The notes beneath the pieces are model-generated. The model was not told where the DNA came from, searched no databases, and saw nothing but the letters and a program-made list of their open reading frames with translations. From Candidatus Hadarchaeota archaeon (GTDB lineage: Archaea > Hadarchaeota > Hadarchaeia > Hadarchaeales > Hadarchaeaceae): a stretch of DNA of 32,000 nt. This document shows positions 7,065-16,987 of the stretch, in pieces; within the stretch, counting starts at the first letter, position 1, and each line of letters starts with the position of its first letter. The position numbers and the translations under genes were made by a program. The DNA lies in the NCBI GenBank assembly GCA_964514965.1, contig CAZETV010000001.1:693063-725062 (forward strand). The letters are read 5' to 3'.

Positions 7065-8120
7065 ATGGTCGAAAGAAGATTGGGCGTATTCGAGAAATAC
7101 CTTACAGTCTGGGTCATCGCCTGTATAATCGCTGGTATAGTTCTAGGTAGGTTCCTTCCCACGTTAGCTCAAACTCTCAGCAATATTCAGTACGCCAACG
7201 TTTCAATCCCGATTGCGATTTGCCTTTTCTTCATGATTTATCCGATAATGATTCAAATCGACTTCAAAAAGGTAATCCAAGCTGGGAAAACCCCAAAACC
7301 CGTTGGGATAACACTGTTCGTGAACTGGCTAATCAAACCTTTCACCATGGCCTTCTTTGCTTGGCTCTTCATGTCAGTGATTTGGGCCCCGTTCATAACT
7401 CCTCAGATGGCCTCACAGTACGCGGCGGGAATGATACTTTTAGGTGTCGCCCCGTGTACAGCGATGGTGCTGGTCTGGAGCTATCTCTCTCGAGGTAACA
7501 TGGGGCATACGCTGGTGATGGTCGCCATAAACTCTCTGATTATGCTAGTACTCTATGCACCCCTCGGAGGATTTCTGCTTGGCGTTGCACAGATTCCGGT
7601 TCCGTGGATTACGATTGCGTTTTCCGTTGGAGTTTACGTAGGATTACCGCTGGTGGCGGGCTACTTCTCACGGAAGGAACTCCTGCGAAGGAAGGGGCGC
7701 GAGTGGTTCGACGGTTTTTCTTCCCGCCTCCACTACGTCTCAATCATCGCCTTACTCATCACACTCGTGGTGCTATTCAGTTTGCAAGGGGATGTAATCA
7801 TTCAACAACCACTGGTCATCGCAATGATCGCTCTGCCCCTGATGATCCAGACTTTCCTGATATTCTGGGTGAGCTATGGTATATCCAAAGTAGGGGGACT
7901 GACATACGAGGATGCTGCGCCTACATCGCAAATAGGCGCGAGCAACCATTTCGAAGTTGCGATTGCTGTGGCAACGGTGCTCTTTGGCCTCAACTCTGGA
8001 GCCGCGCTCGCGACTGTAGTGGGGGTTTTGATTGAAGTCCCCATCATGCTCACGCTAGTGAAAATATGCCTTCGAACCCAACATTGGTTCCCGAAAAATG
8101 GAGCGAGTAAAATTGACTGA
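7065..8120 (+). CDS. acr3: arsenite efflux permease, ACR3 family
   Basis: Polytopic membrane protein whose N-terminus FEKYLTVWV and motif [13 protein letters not shown] are characteristic of ACR3. I preferred ATG 7065 because the track start at 7035 falls inside the promoter palindrome. Confidence 0.85.
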   Translation: MVERRLGVFEKYLTVWVIACIIAGIVLGRFLPTLAQTLSNIQYANVSIPIAICLFFMIYPIMIQIDFKKVIQAGKTPKPVGITLFVNWLIKPFTMAFFAWLFMSVIWAPFITPQMASQYAAGMILLGVAPCTAMVLVWSYLSRGNMGHTLVMVAINSLIMLVLYAPLGGFLLGVAQIPVPWITIAFSVGVYVGLPLVAGYFSRKELLRRKGREWFDGFSSRLHYVSIIALLITLVVLFSLQGDVIIQQPLVIAMIALPLMIQTFLIFWVSYGISKVGGLTYEDAAPTSQIGASNHFEVAIAVATVLFGLNSGAALATVVGVLIEVPIMLTLVKICLRTQHWFPKNGASKID

Positions 8121-8388
8121 TGGACAACTTCGATTACTCAAATGCGTGGCAGATGAAACGAGATTCCAGATTCTCCTAACATTGAAAAAGGGCGAGCGTT
8201 GCGTGTGCGAGATTATGGACGAACTCAACAAGGAGCAATCGTTAATATCACACCATCTGCAAGCCCTACGTAAGTGCGGACTAATCGATAGACGGCGCGA
8301 GGGAAAAAAGATAATGTACCGACTTTCGGACCCTTCGATTTTGAGATTCTTGGAAGATATCAAGGAACTATCCAAGAGACTCTACTGA
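8098..8388 (+). CDS. arsR: ArsR/SmtB family metalloregulator
   Basis: wHTH protein with the metal-site motif [11 protein letters not shown] (ELCVCDL-type) and [12 protein letters not shown]. It overlaps the acr3 end by 23 nt. Confidence 0.85.
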   Translation: MERVKLTDGQLRLLKCVADETRFQILLTLKKGERCVCEIMDELNKEQSLISHHLQALRKCGLIDRRREGKKIMYRLSDPSILRFLEDIKELSKRLY

Positions 8389-8399
8389 GCACTTCAGCA

Positions 8400-8684
8400 C
8401 TAGTCGCTTGCACCGGGCGGAAAAATCGCGACCTCGTCCTTATGCTTGAGCTTCGTGTGAATCCCGCGGATATGTTGAATCTTTCGGCCGTTAAGCAAGA
8501 TGTTGAAATTCTCCTGAAGCTCCCCCGTTGTCGGGTCAAGGAGCATTTCTACCACCCGAGGATGACGCCGGCTGAGCTTCATGAACAAGGCATCAACAGT
8601 CTCGTCCTCGCCAATCGAAACTTTTATCGTACTAGTGCCAGCCTTCTCGCGCAGTTCACCGTGCAACTTTACTACCACTTCCAT
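8400..8684 (-). CDS. standalone ThiS/MoaD-like beta-grasp protein lacking the C-terminal Gly-Gly (ends PPGASD)
   Basis: 94 aa, alignable end to end with aa 1-95 of the carrier-E1 fusion (NILLNGRKIQHIRGIHTKLKHKDEVAIFPPGASD versus NIFVNGKDIRNLQGVDTKLEEGAEVRLIPAVAGG). S-D occupies the G-G positions. Confidence 0.75.
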   Translation of the reverse strand: MEVVVKLHGELREKAGTSTIKVSIGEDETVDALFMKLSRRHPRVVEMLLDPTTGELQENFNILLNGRKIQHIRGIHTKLKHKDEVAIFPPGASD

Positions 8685-8855
8685 CTATACAATCCCCGCT
8701 ATTTCCACACCCGAAGGCTCAACTGTAGCGATGGAGGGCGAACACTAAAAGGTTTTCGGAGGCAAAGCACGATTTATTTACGTTGCCCTCCCGCATTCGA
8801 CCCAAAACACCTCAAACCTTTTATGCCAACTTTATAAACAACAAGTGGTGAGGAA

Positions 8856-10037
8856 ATGAAAGCCGTGCTCGCTTACAGCGGAGGGCTGGATACTAGCATC
8901 GCGATTCGTTTACTCCAAGACAAGTACAAGGCCGATGTCATCACAGTTTCAGTTGATGTCGGACAGGATCCCAAGGAGCTAAAGGAAATAGCAGCAAAGG
9001 CGAAACAGCTAGGTGTTATTAAACACATTCACGTCGATGCGCGCAAAGAATTCGTCGAAGATTATATCTTCCGCAGCATCAAAGCGAACGGGCTCTACGA
9101 GGGGTATCCTCTCTCTACAGCTCTCGCCCGTTATCCAATCGCGAGCAAACTCGTTGAGGTCGCACGCAAAGAAAAGGCCGACGCCGTGGCACACGGTTGC
9201 ACAGGTAAGGGAAACGACCAGTTTCGCTTCGATACAACCATTGCAATCAAAGCCCCCGAACTCAAAATCATTGCGCCAATTCGAGAACTTAATCTCGATC
9301 GGAAGTGGGAACTCAAGTATGCGAAAAAACAGAACATCGCCCTCCCTAAAGTAGGTAAGTCCTATAGCATTGACGAAAATCTATTGGGACGATCCATTGA
9401 GGGAGGTGTGCTCGAAGACCCCTCACATGCTCCACCTGAAGAGATTTACGTGCGTACTCGCCCACCCGAAAAAGCTCCCCCCAAACCACGCATCATTGAA
9501 ATCGAGTTCAAGAAAGGTGTGCCGATTGCTATCGATAAAAAACGCATGGACGGTATCCAACTCATCACCAAACTAAACAAGATAGCTGGCGAGTACGGCG
9601 TCGGTAGAATCGAACTCATCGAAGATAGAATCCTCGGGCTGAAGGCGCGGGAGAACTATGAAGCACCGGCAGCTACTGTCCTGATACAAGCTCATCGAGC
9701 GCTTGAACAACTCGTGCTGACGAAACAGGAACTGGCATTTAAGCAAATAATCGACCAAACTTGGGCGGACTTGGCGTACAGTGGGCTATGGTTCGACTCT
9801 CTACGCGAGGACTTAGATGCTTTCATCGATAGCACGCAAAAGAGAGTTACTGGCAAGATAAAGGTTGAACTCAACCGCGGCAACTCGCGCGTGGTGGGCC
9901 GCAGCTCACCGTACTCCCTCTACAACAAGGGACTTGTTTCATTTGAGCGCTACGGCTTCGACCAGCGCGATGCTATCGGAGTTATAAAATTCCACGCACT
10001 TCAGAGCAAGATCCTACACAAGAAGAAGGGTGATTAG
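8856..10037 (+). CDS. argG: argininosuccinate synthase
   Basis: AYSGGLDTS ATP-PPase motif, the GCTGKGNDQxRF block, and typical length. GGTGAGG SD lies upstream. Confidence 0.95.
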   Translation: MKAVLAYSGGLDTSIAIRLLQDKYKADVITVSVDVGQDPKELKEIAAKAKQLGVIKHIHVDARKEFVEDYIFRSIKANGLYEGYPLSTALARYPIASKLVEVARKEKADAVAHGCTGKGNDQFRFDTTIAIKAPELKIIAPIRELNLDRKWELKYAKKQNIALPKVGKSYSIDENLLGRSIEGGVLEDPSHAPPEEIYVRTRPPEKAPPKPRIIEIEFKKGVPIAIDKKRMDGIQLITKLNKIAGEYGVGRIELIEDRILGLKARENYEAPAATVLIQAHRALEQLVLTKQELAFKQIIDQTWADLAYSGLWFDSLREDLDAFIDSTQKRVTGKIKVELNRGNSRVVGRSSPYSLYNKGLVSFERYGFDQRDAIGVIKFHALQSKILHKKKGD

Positions 10038-11516
10038 GTGCTTCGCCGGGGACGCTTTGAGCAAGAAATGGACCCTCTGGCTAGCGAGTATATCTCCTCG
10101 ATGGAAGCTGATGCTAGGATTTTCTACTCGGTCGTGCAAATCAACATGGCCCACACAATTATGCTCGCTGAGCGCAAGATTATCGACAGCGCAGACGCGG
10201 CTGCCATCCTCCAAGCGCTCTACAAGCTTCACGAGCAAGGCGTTAGTGGGTTGGACCTTCGCCCAGAGCTCGAGGACATTCATATGGCAGTTGAGGATTT
10301 TGTGACAAAAGCGACGAGCGAAGAAGTTGGAGGCAAGCTCAACACTGCGAAGAGCCGCAACGACCAAGTCGCCACGGCAATCCGTTTGACTCTGCGCAAG
10401 AACCTACTAGATGTTGAGGATAGTCTATTAGAACTAGTAAGTACCTTGGTCGCACTCGCCGAAAAAAATATCGATACGATAATGCCCGGCTACACTCACC
10501 TCCAAGTGGCTCAACCCACCACCTTCGCGCACCACCTCACCGCCTACTCTTTCGCCTTTCTACGTGATATCGATCGCATCGAACAGGCCTATGAGGTCAC
10601 GAACTCATGTCCAATGGGAGCCTGTGCGTTCGCGGGAACGAGCTTCCCCATCGATCGTTTGCGGGTGGCGCACATATTGGGTTTTAAGCGTACCGACGAG
10701 AACACCATGGATGCCGTCAGCTCACGCGATTTCGCCTTGCAGGTTATGAGCGCCCTAGCAATCGCAATGGTTAATCTCAGCAGGCTGGCCGAGGAGCTCG
10801 TGCTCTGGAGTTCGGAGGAATTCAACTTCATCGAATTGCCCGAGGAATTCGCGGCGACAAGCAGCGCCATGCCACAGAAGAAGAACCCAATCGTGGCCGA
10901 ACTTGCGCGCGCGAAGGCTGGGCGTGTCTTCGGGAACCTCTCAGGGGCCTTTGCGGTGATGAAGGCCATCCCCCAATCTTATAACCTCGACCTTCAGGAC
11001 TTAACGCCCTCACTGTGGAATTCCGTCGACGAGGTGAGGAATGGCGCGAAAGTGATGGCAAAACTAATCAGCGCAGCCGAGCCGAATCGAGAACTCATGC
11101 GCAGGCGGGCAGAAGGAGGATTCGCGACCGCGACCGAACTTGCCGATGCGCTTGTGTGGAAGGGGTTGGCCTTCAGGGACGCTCACACAATCGTTGGAAG
11201 ACTAATTGCCCGCGCAACCCAAGAGGGCCGGGCTTTAGGAGAGCTGAAAATAGAGGACCTACAAGCAGCATCGAAAGAAGTTTTCGACAAAGAGGTTCAA
11301 CTAACGCCCGAGGAGCTGAGAGAAGCTCTCGACCTCAACAAATGCATTGCTGCTCGGAAACTACCTGGTGGCCCCGCGCCAAAAGCTGTTAAAAATCAAC
11401 TCAAGTTAGTAAAGCGAGGAGCAAAACACCGCGCAAAGATTACGCGCACCCGAAGGCGAGCAATCACAAAAGCAGAAGTAAAGTTATTGAAGGAAGCCAA
11501 GAGGCGTTCGCGATGA
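10038..11516 (+). CDS. argH: argininosuccinate lyase with a basic C-terminal extension
   Basis: Fumarate-lyase signature SSAMPQKKNP and the TAKSRNDQV block. GTG start sits directly after the argG stop. The final ~33 aa are Lys/Arg-rich. Confidence 0.92.
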   Translation: MLRRGRFEQEMDPLASEYISSMEADARIFYSVVQINMAHTIMLAERKIIDSADAAAILQALYKLHEQGVSGLDLRPELEDIHMAVEDFVTKATSEEVGGKLNTAKSRNDQVATAIRLTLRKNLLDVEDSLLELVSTLVALAEKNIDTIMPGYTHLQVAQPTTFAHHLTAYSFAFLRDIDRIEQAYEVTNSCPMGACAFAGTSFPIDRLRVAHILGFKRTDENTMDAVSSRDFALQVMSALAIAMVNLSRLAEELVLWSSEEFNFIELPEEFAATSSAMPQKKNPIVAELARAKAGRVFGNLSGAFAVMKAIPQSYNLDLQDLTPSLWNSVDEVRNGAKVMAKLISAAEPNRELMRRRAEGGFATATELADALVWKGLAFRDAHTIVGRLIARATQEGRALGELKIEDLQAASKEVFDKEVQLTPEELREALDLNKCIAARKLPGGPAPKAVKNQLKLVKRGAKHRAKITRTRRRAITKAEVKLLKEAKRRSR

Positions 11517-12541
11517 AAATCACGGCTGCGGTAGTTGGAGCATCAGGTTACACGGGAGTAGAACTCTTCAGGCTGCTCGCCGGCCACCCCGAGGTAAGTC
11601 TCATTGGAGCCTACGACATCCAAAACGTCGGGAAACTCGTGGGTGATATCCATCCAAATCTTCGTGGAATAGTTAATCTAAAAATAACTGAACCCGACTA
11701 CATGAAAATCGGAAAGCAGGCCGACGTCGTCTTCGTGGCTACTCCGCACCGTGTCGCGATGAACTTTGTGCCAGAGTTGCTCAAGGGGAAAGCAAAGATA
11801 ATTGACCTTAGCGCGGACTACCGACTCGATGACGTTAAAGTGTATGAGCGATACTACACCAAGCACAAGAGTCCAATGGTCAAAGGAGTTTATGGGATAC
11901 CTGAACTTCACCGCGCAAAAATCAAGCGTGCACGCCTCGTCGCAAATCCGGGATGCTATCCGACAGCTGCAATTCTGAGCTTGGCACCGCTAGTCAAACA
12001 ACACCTGATTGACCTCGACCACATCGTAATCGACGCTAAGACTGGAACCTCCGGTGCGGGGGCTACACCCAGTGAGGTGACTCATCATCCATTAGTATGT
12101 TCAAACATTCGAGCTTACGCCGCGACCACCCACCGCCACGCCCCTGAAATCGACCAAGAGTTGAGCAAGCTGGCTGGAGAAAAGGTCAAAGCCCACTTCA
12201 CACCTCATCTTATCCCAATCGTACGAGGAATCCTCTCGACAGCACATGTCTTCCTGAAAAAGTCGACTGTTAAAAAATCGTTACTTGGCCTCTACCAAAA
12301 GTTCTACGCCAGCGAGCCCTTCGTGCGGATACTTGAGGAACTACCGCAGGTGAACTTCGTGGCTGGATCAAACTACTGCAACATTGGATTCGAACTCGAC
12401 GCGACGAGCAATCGACTCGTCGTGGTTTCGACTATCGATAATCTCGTCAAGGGCGCCTCGGGACAGGCTATTCAAAACATGAATCTGATGTTCGGATTTG
12501 ATGAAACAAAGGGATTAGAGGCCCCAGCGTTACGGCCATGA
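11513..12541 (+). CDS. argC: N-acetyl-gamma-glutamyl-phosphate reductase
   Basis: N-terminal GASGYTG NAD(P)-binding motif and the active-site ANPGCYPTA. ATGA overlap with argH. Confidence 0.9.
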   Translation: MKITAAVVGASGYTGVELFRLLAGHPEVSLIGAYDIQNVGKLVGDIHPNLRGIVNLKITEPDYMKIGKQADVVFVATPHRVAMNFVPELLKGKAKIIDLSADYRLDDVKVYERYYTKHKSPMVKGVYGIPELHRAKIKRARLVANPGCYPTAAILSLAPLVKQHLIDLDHIVIDAKTGTSGAGATPSEVTHHPLVCSNIRAYAATTHRHAPEIDQELSKLAGEKVKAHFTPHLIPIVRGILSTAHVFLKKSTVKKSLLGLYQKFYASEPFVRILEELPQVNFVAGSNYCNIGFELDATSNRLVVVSTIDNLVKGASGQAIQNMNLMFGFDETKGLEAPALRP

Positions 12542-12618
12542 CAGCTTTATGGTCGAAACTAGTAAACCCTGCGCGAAAAGATTAAAGTTGTCCTCGTACC
12601 TCTTTTATTGGTGTTCGC

Positions 12619-13851
12619 ATGATCACTGTGCTTGAGGGCGGTGTAACAACGGTTCCTGGATTCCTAGCGGCTGGCGTGCGAGCTGGGATCAAACGCCGCG
12701 GACTTGACATGATGTTACTCGCGAGTGAAGATGGACCGATTACATCCGCGGGGATCTTCACCACAAATTTAGTGAAGGGCGCCCCGGTGCTCGTTACAAT
12801 GAAACACATAAAAAACGGAACGCTCGGAGCGATAGTCGTGAATTCGGGAAGCGCGAACGCGTACACTGGTAAGCGGGGGTTGCGGGACGCGCTTCGGATG
12901 ACTCGCCTCGCGGCGCACCTGCTGAAACTCCGCACAAATGATGTTGCCGTTGCATCGACTGGCATAATAGGATTACACTTGCCCATGCGGAAAATAGAGA
13001 CTGGAATCCGTGCGGCCGTCGAAGAACTATCGAATTCGCGAGAGGCAAGCCTGAGCGCAGCTAAGGCAATCATGACCACTGACACCACACCCAAGGAAAT
13101 TGCCATCCGGGTCGACCTCGAGGATGGAACACCTGTAACTATCGCGGGTATGACAAAAGGTGCCGGTATGATTCGCCCAAATCTACGAACCGCAACAATG
13201 CTCGCATTTATCGTCACAGATGCCGTGGTGAGCTCTGCAGCACTCAAGGCAGCACTTCAAAACTCGACCGATCAGAGTTTCAATATGATTAATATCGACA
13301 ACGAAACAAGCACCAGTGATATGGTGCTCGCGCTCGCGAACGGGCGCGCAAAAAATCGTCCAATCACTCTAAAGCGCCAAGATAAACAGTTTCAGGCAGG
13401 GCTCGATTATGTACTTACTGAACTTGCGTGGATGATCGCCAAAGACGGGGAGGGCGCATCGCATTTAATCGAGGTCCAAATTAAAAACGCCCGCAACCGA
13501 GAGGACGCACGCCGCGCCGCCCTTGCGATTACGGGGTCGAATTTAATCAAAGCTGCTATCTTCGGACGCGATCCCAACTACGGTCGTATAATCGCTGCCC
13601 TTGGTTATTCGGGAGCGTCGTTTGACCCTTCAAAACTGAGTTTAGAGCTAGTCAGCGATCGAGGCCGCGTTAACTTAGTCGTGCACGGAAAACCTAAAGC
13701 AAAGCGAGCGTTCAAGCGGGCGCGTGACATCATGCGCAGCAAAGAAATCGAAATCCACGCTGATCTCGCCGCCGGAAAAGCCTGTGCTACCGCCTGGGGG
13801 TGCGACCTAACTTATGACTATGTACGCATCAACTCGAAATACACGACCTAG
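12619..13851 (+). CDS. argJ: bifunctional ornithine acetyltransferase / N-acetylglutamate synthase
   Basis: ArgJ family with the autoprocessing site context RTATMLAFIVTDA and the KGAGMIRPN block. Confidence 0.92.
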   Translation: MITVLEGGVTTVPGFLAAGVRAGIKRRGLDMMLLASEDGPITSAGIFTTNLVKGAPVLVTMKHIKNGTLGAIVVNSGSANAYTGKRGLRDALRMTRLAAHLLKLRTNDVAVASTGIIGLHLPMRKIETGIRAAVEELSNSREASLSAAKAIMTTDTTPKEIAIRVDLEDGTPVTIAGMTKGAGMIRPNLRTATMLAFIVTDAVVSSAALKAALQNSTDQSFNMINIDNETSTSDMVLALANGRAKNRPITLKRQDKQFQAGLDYVLTELAWMIAKDGEGASHLIEVQIKNARNREDARRAALAITGSNLIKAAIFGRDPNYGRIIAALGYSGASFDPSKLSLELVSDRGRVNLVVHGKPKAKRAFKRARDIMRSKEIEIHADLAAGKACATAWGCDLTYDYVRINSKYTT

Positions 13852-13897
13852 TTTGGATTATCTTTAAGAACATGTAATTTAATGAAATCAATTTAGG

Positions 13898-14788
13898 ATG
13901 AAAATGCAAGACCGCGCCACAATATTGCTCGAGGCCCTGCCTTACATCCAGCAATTCCACGGCAAGACGATAGTTATCAAGCTCGGCGGAAGCGTGATGG
14001 GAAAAGAAAAACTGCTCGATGCCATGCTCCGCGACATCGTGCTCCTAAGCTACGTTGGCATGAAGATCGTGATCGTACACGGCGGCGGACCTGAGGTAAG
14101 TGAGGAGATGCGCAAACTGGGGAAGAAGCCGAAGTTCGTCGAAGGGCTCCGCGTGACTGATGAGAAAACGATGGAGATTCTGCATGAGCAGCTCGCGGGA
14201 AAAATCAATAAGGAAATCGTGCTGGGGATAAACAAACATGGAGGGCGTGCGGTGGGTATCTCGGGTATGGACGGGAATTTCATTCGTGCTCACAAACTCC
14301 TCTACAAGACCACGACGAGCAAAGGGCGAGAGGTCGAAGTAGATCTTGGGTTGGTTGGTGAAGTCGAGCAGATAAATCCAACCGTCATAAACTATCTCGT
14401 GGGCACAGGATACATTCCGGTGATAGCTCCGATAGGCATAGACGCAGAAGGGCGCAGTCTGAACATCAATGCCGACGTCGTGGCTGCCGAACTCGCAGAC
14501 GCTATGCATGCAAAAAAGCTCATTCTGCTCACTGACGTTATAGGCGTAATGCGCGACCCGAAGGATGAAAAAACACTCATCTCACAGCTAACTGCTGAGG
14601 AAACACAGAAGCTCATCCAAGAAGGAATCATAAAGAAGGGTATGATCCCAAAGATTGAGGCCTGTCTGCGGGCCGTGCAGGGGAGCGTGGAGCGCTCTCA
14701 CATTATCTGCGGCACCGCGCCTCACGTGCTTTTGCTTGAAATTTTGACCGAAAGCGGTATAGGCACAATGATTGAACGAGGCAAGTAA
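13898..14788 (+). CDS. argB: acetylglutamate kinase
   Basis: Amino-acid kinase fold: VIKLGGS, VIVHGGGP, and the NINAD block. Confidence 0.92.
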   Translation: MKMQDRATILLEALPYIQQFHGKTIVIKLGGSVMGKEKLLDAMLRDIVLLSYVGMKIVIVHGGGPEVSEEMRKLGKKPKFVEGLRVTDEKTMEILHEQLAGKINKEIVLGINKHGGRAVGISGMDGNFIRAHKLLYKTTTSKGREVEVDLGLVGEVEQINPTVINYLVGTGYIPVIAPIGIDAEGRSLNINADVVAAELADAMHAKKLILLTDVIGVMRDPKDEKTLISQLTAEETQKLIQEGIIKKGMIPKIEACLRAVQGSVERSHIICGTAPHVLLLEILTESGIGTMIERGK

Positions 14789-15976
14789 ATGCAGCGCATC
14801 AAAGAACTCGATGAGCGCTACATTGCAAGTACCTACAGACGCCAACCTTTAGCAATTGTAAAGGGCCGTGGGATGTTCGTCGAGGACATTCAGGGAAAAC
14901 GTTACTTAGATTTCGTGGGGGGGATAGCGGTCTGCTCTTTAGGATACTGCCATCCAGCCCTAGTCAAAGCAATCTCCACTCAAGCAAAGAAGTTAATGCA
15001 CACATCAAATCTTTATTATATCCAACAACAAGCAGAGCTAGCAGCATTGCTCGCACGTGTCGTCCCAAAGGGTATCAACAAGTTTTTCTTTTGCAACTCT
15101 GGCACAGAAGCTATCGAGGGTGCATTCAAGCTCGCGATCAAACACACCAAACGTCAGCGTATTATCACTATGCAGGGCTCCTTTCACGGCAGGACGGCAG
15201 CTAGCGTTGGCGCTACATGGAAATCCAGTTACCGTGAGCCATTTGAGGCCCTCATCCCCAAAATCTTCGATTTCGTGCCTTTCAACGACCTGGCTGCTGT
15301 AGAGCGAGCGATGGGCGAGCAAACGGCTGCTGTAATCGTAGAGGCAATTCAGGGCGAGGGCGGCGTAAACTTGCCATCCAACGATTACCTGCCAGGACTA
15401 CGAAAACTATGCGATGAGCATGGAGTACTCTTAATCTGCGACGAGGTTCAAACTGGAATGGGGCGCACGGGTAAATGGTTCGCGTGCGAGCACTGGAGTG
15501 TGGAACCTGATGAACTCACAATGGCGAAGGCGCTTGGCGGCGGTTTTCCAATCGGGTGCCTCAGCGCTAGAGCTGAAGTGATGGAGTCTTTTTCGCCAGG
15601 TGACCATGCTTCAACTTTTGGCGGGAATCCCTTGGCATGTGCGGCTGCAAAAAGCGTGATAAAAACTATGATGAAGTTAAAGCTCCCCCAACGAGCCACG
15701 AAAATTGGTGAGTACTTCAAAAAGCGCCTGAATGAACTCGCAGACAAACACGAGTGCGTGCAAGAGGTGCGAGGGCTCGGGCTAATGCTTGCGATGGAAC
15801 TCTCCACCAAACAAATTGCCGACACTACACTAGTCAAAGCTAGAGAACGAGGTTTCCTGATAAACTGCACCGCCGATAAAGTTTTGAGGTTCGTCCCGCC
15901 ATTGATAGTTGAGCGAGAACATGTCGATCGCTTGATAGAGGCTTTGGATTCAATATTTGTCGAGGTTGAGAAGTGA
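14789..15976 (+). CDS. argD: acetylornithine aminotransferase (class III PLP aminotransferase)
   Basis: Blocks SGTEAIEGAFK, CDEVQTGMGRTG and TMAKALGGGFP (PLP Lys). It starts at the base after the argB stop. Confidence 0.9.
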   Translation: MQRIKELDERYIASTYRRQPLAIVKGRGMFVEDIQGKRYLDFVGGIAVCSLGYCHPALVKAISTQAKKLMHTSNLYYIQQQAELAALLARVVPKGINKFFFCNSGTEAIEGAFKLAIKHTKRQRIITMQGSFHGRTAASVGATWKSSYREPFEALIPKIFDFVPFNDLAAVERAMGEQTAAVIVEAIQGEGGVNLPSNDYLPGLRKLCDEHGVLLICDEVQTGMGRTGKWFACEHWSVEPDELTMAKALGGGFPIGCLSARAEVMESFSPGDHASTFGGNPLACAAAKSVIKTMMKLKLPQRATKIGEYFKKRLNELADKHECVQEVRGLGLMLAMELSTKQIADTTLVKARERGFLINCTADKVLRFVPPLIVEREHVDRLIEALDSIFVEVEK

Positions 15977-16908
15977 TGGTTAAACACCTCCTCTCCATAC
16001 AGGACCTAAGCTCGAGCGAAATCAAGGCAATTTTGGATGAAGCCGCGGAACTCAAGGAAAAACTTCAAAAAGGGGAAGCGCACGAACTGCTCAAAGGTAA
16101 AACGCTTGGCATGATATTCGAAAAACCATCCTTGCGCACACGTGTAACATTCGAAACTGGGATGACTCAACTCGGTGGGCACGCGATCTACTTGGCGCCC
16201 ACTGATATCCAGCTGGGAGAGCGGGAATCCGTCCCTGATGTAGCCCACAACCTTTCACGCTGGGTTGACGTGCTGATGGCAAGATTATTTAAACACGATA
16301 TCATTGCCGAACTCGCGCGTTACTCAAGCGTACCTGTAATTAACGGGCTGACCAACTTACACCACCCGTGCCAAACTTTAAGTGACCTGCTCACAATTCG
16401 CGAGCACAAAGGTGAACTCAATAAACTTAAAATAGCGTGGATTGGCGATGGGAACAACGTTTGCAATTCTTTATTGTTGGGATGCACACTAGTCGGTACA
16501 AACATTTCAGTTGCCTGTCCGCATGATTATGAGCCGCCCGCTGATATCGTAAAGCAGGCACGGGCCAACGCGAGGAAAAGCGGCGCAAAGATAGAATTTA
16601 CGCCCGACCCCCAACGAGCCGTTGATGGAGCAGATGTCATCTATACAGACGTGTGGGTTTCGATGGGGCAGGAGAAAGAAGCCCGAGAACGGATGAAGAC
16701 GTTTAAGGGTTACCAAGTTAATGCCCAGTTGTTAAATAAAGCAAAGCCGGATTCCATCGTCATGCACTGCTTGCCAGCTCACCGAGGACAAGAAATCACG
16801 GACGATGTCATCGATGGGCCGCGCTCGGTTGTCTGGGATCAAGCCGAAAATCGAATGCATGTACAAAAAGCCCTACTCGTCGCTTTACTTAAAAAGAAAG
16901 AAAAGTAA
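15973..16908 (+). CDS. argF: ornithine carbamoyltransferase
   Basis: Carbamoyl-phosphate site SLRTRVTFE, DVWVSMG, and HCLPAHRGQE. ATGA-type overlap with argD. Confidence 0.93.
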   Translation: MMVKHLLSIQDLSSSEIKAILDEAAELKEKLQKGEAHELLKGKTLGMIFEKPSLRTRVTFETGMTQLGGHAIYLAPTDIQLGERESVPDVAHNLSRWVDVLMARLFKHDIIAELARYSSVPVINGLTNLHHPCQTLSDLLTIREHKGELNKLKIAWIGDGNNVCNSLLLGCTLVGTNISVACPHDYEPPADIVKQARANARKSGAKIEFTPDPQRAVDGADVIYTDVWVSMGQEKEARERMKTFKGYQVNAQLLNKAKPDSIVMHCLPAHRGQEITDDVIDGPRSVVWDQAENRMHVQKALLVALLKKKEK

Positions 16909-16987
16909 GCTTCTAATCAGTTAAAATATATTTAACTATGTAGAAATTCTTTCTAGAAAAATAAATTCGAGCTAGCTTGATTGGAAA

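Noticed and set aside
12582-13247. 221-aa ORF antisense to argJ. Similar long antisense ORFs occur at 14045-14509, 15448-15987, 10589-10969 and 27924-28427.
   Set aside because: They lie fully inside well-supported genes on the opposite strand. Their composition is low-complexity and rich in Ser/Arg/Pro/Ala, and they carry no recognisable motifs. They are typical shadow ORFs.
16925-16975. AT-rich hairpins between convergent argF and the HAD gene (GTTAAA-atata-TTTAAC and TAGAAA-ttc-TTTCTA).
   Set aside because: They are probably ordinary bidirectional termination signals. The stems are too short and AT-rich to call with confidence or to treat as noteworthy.
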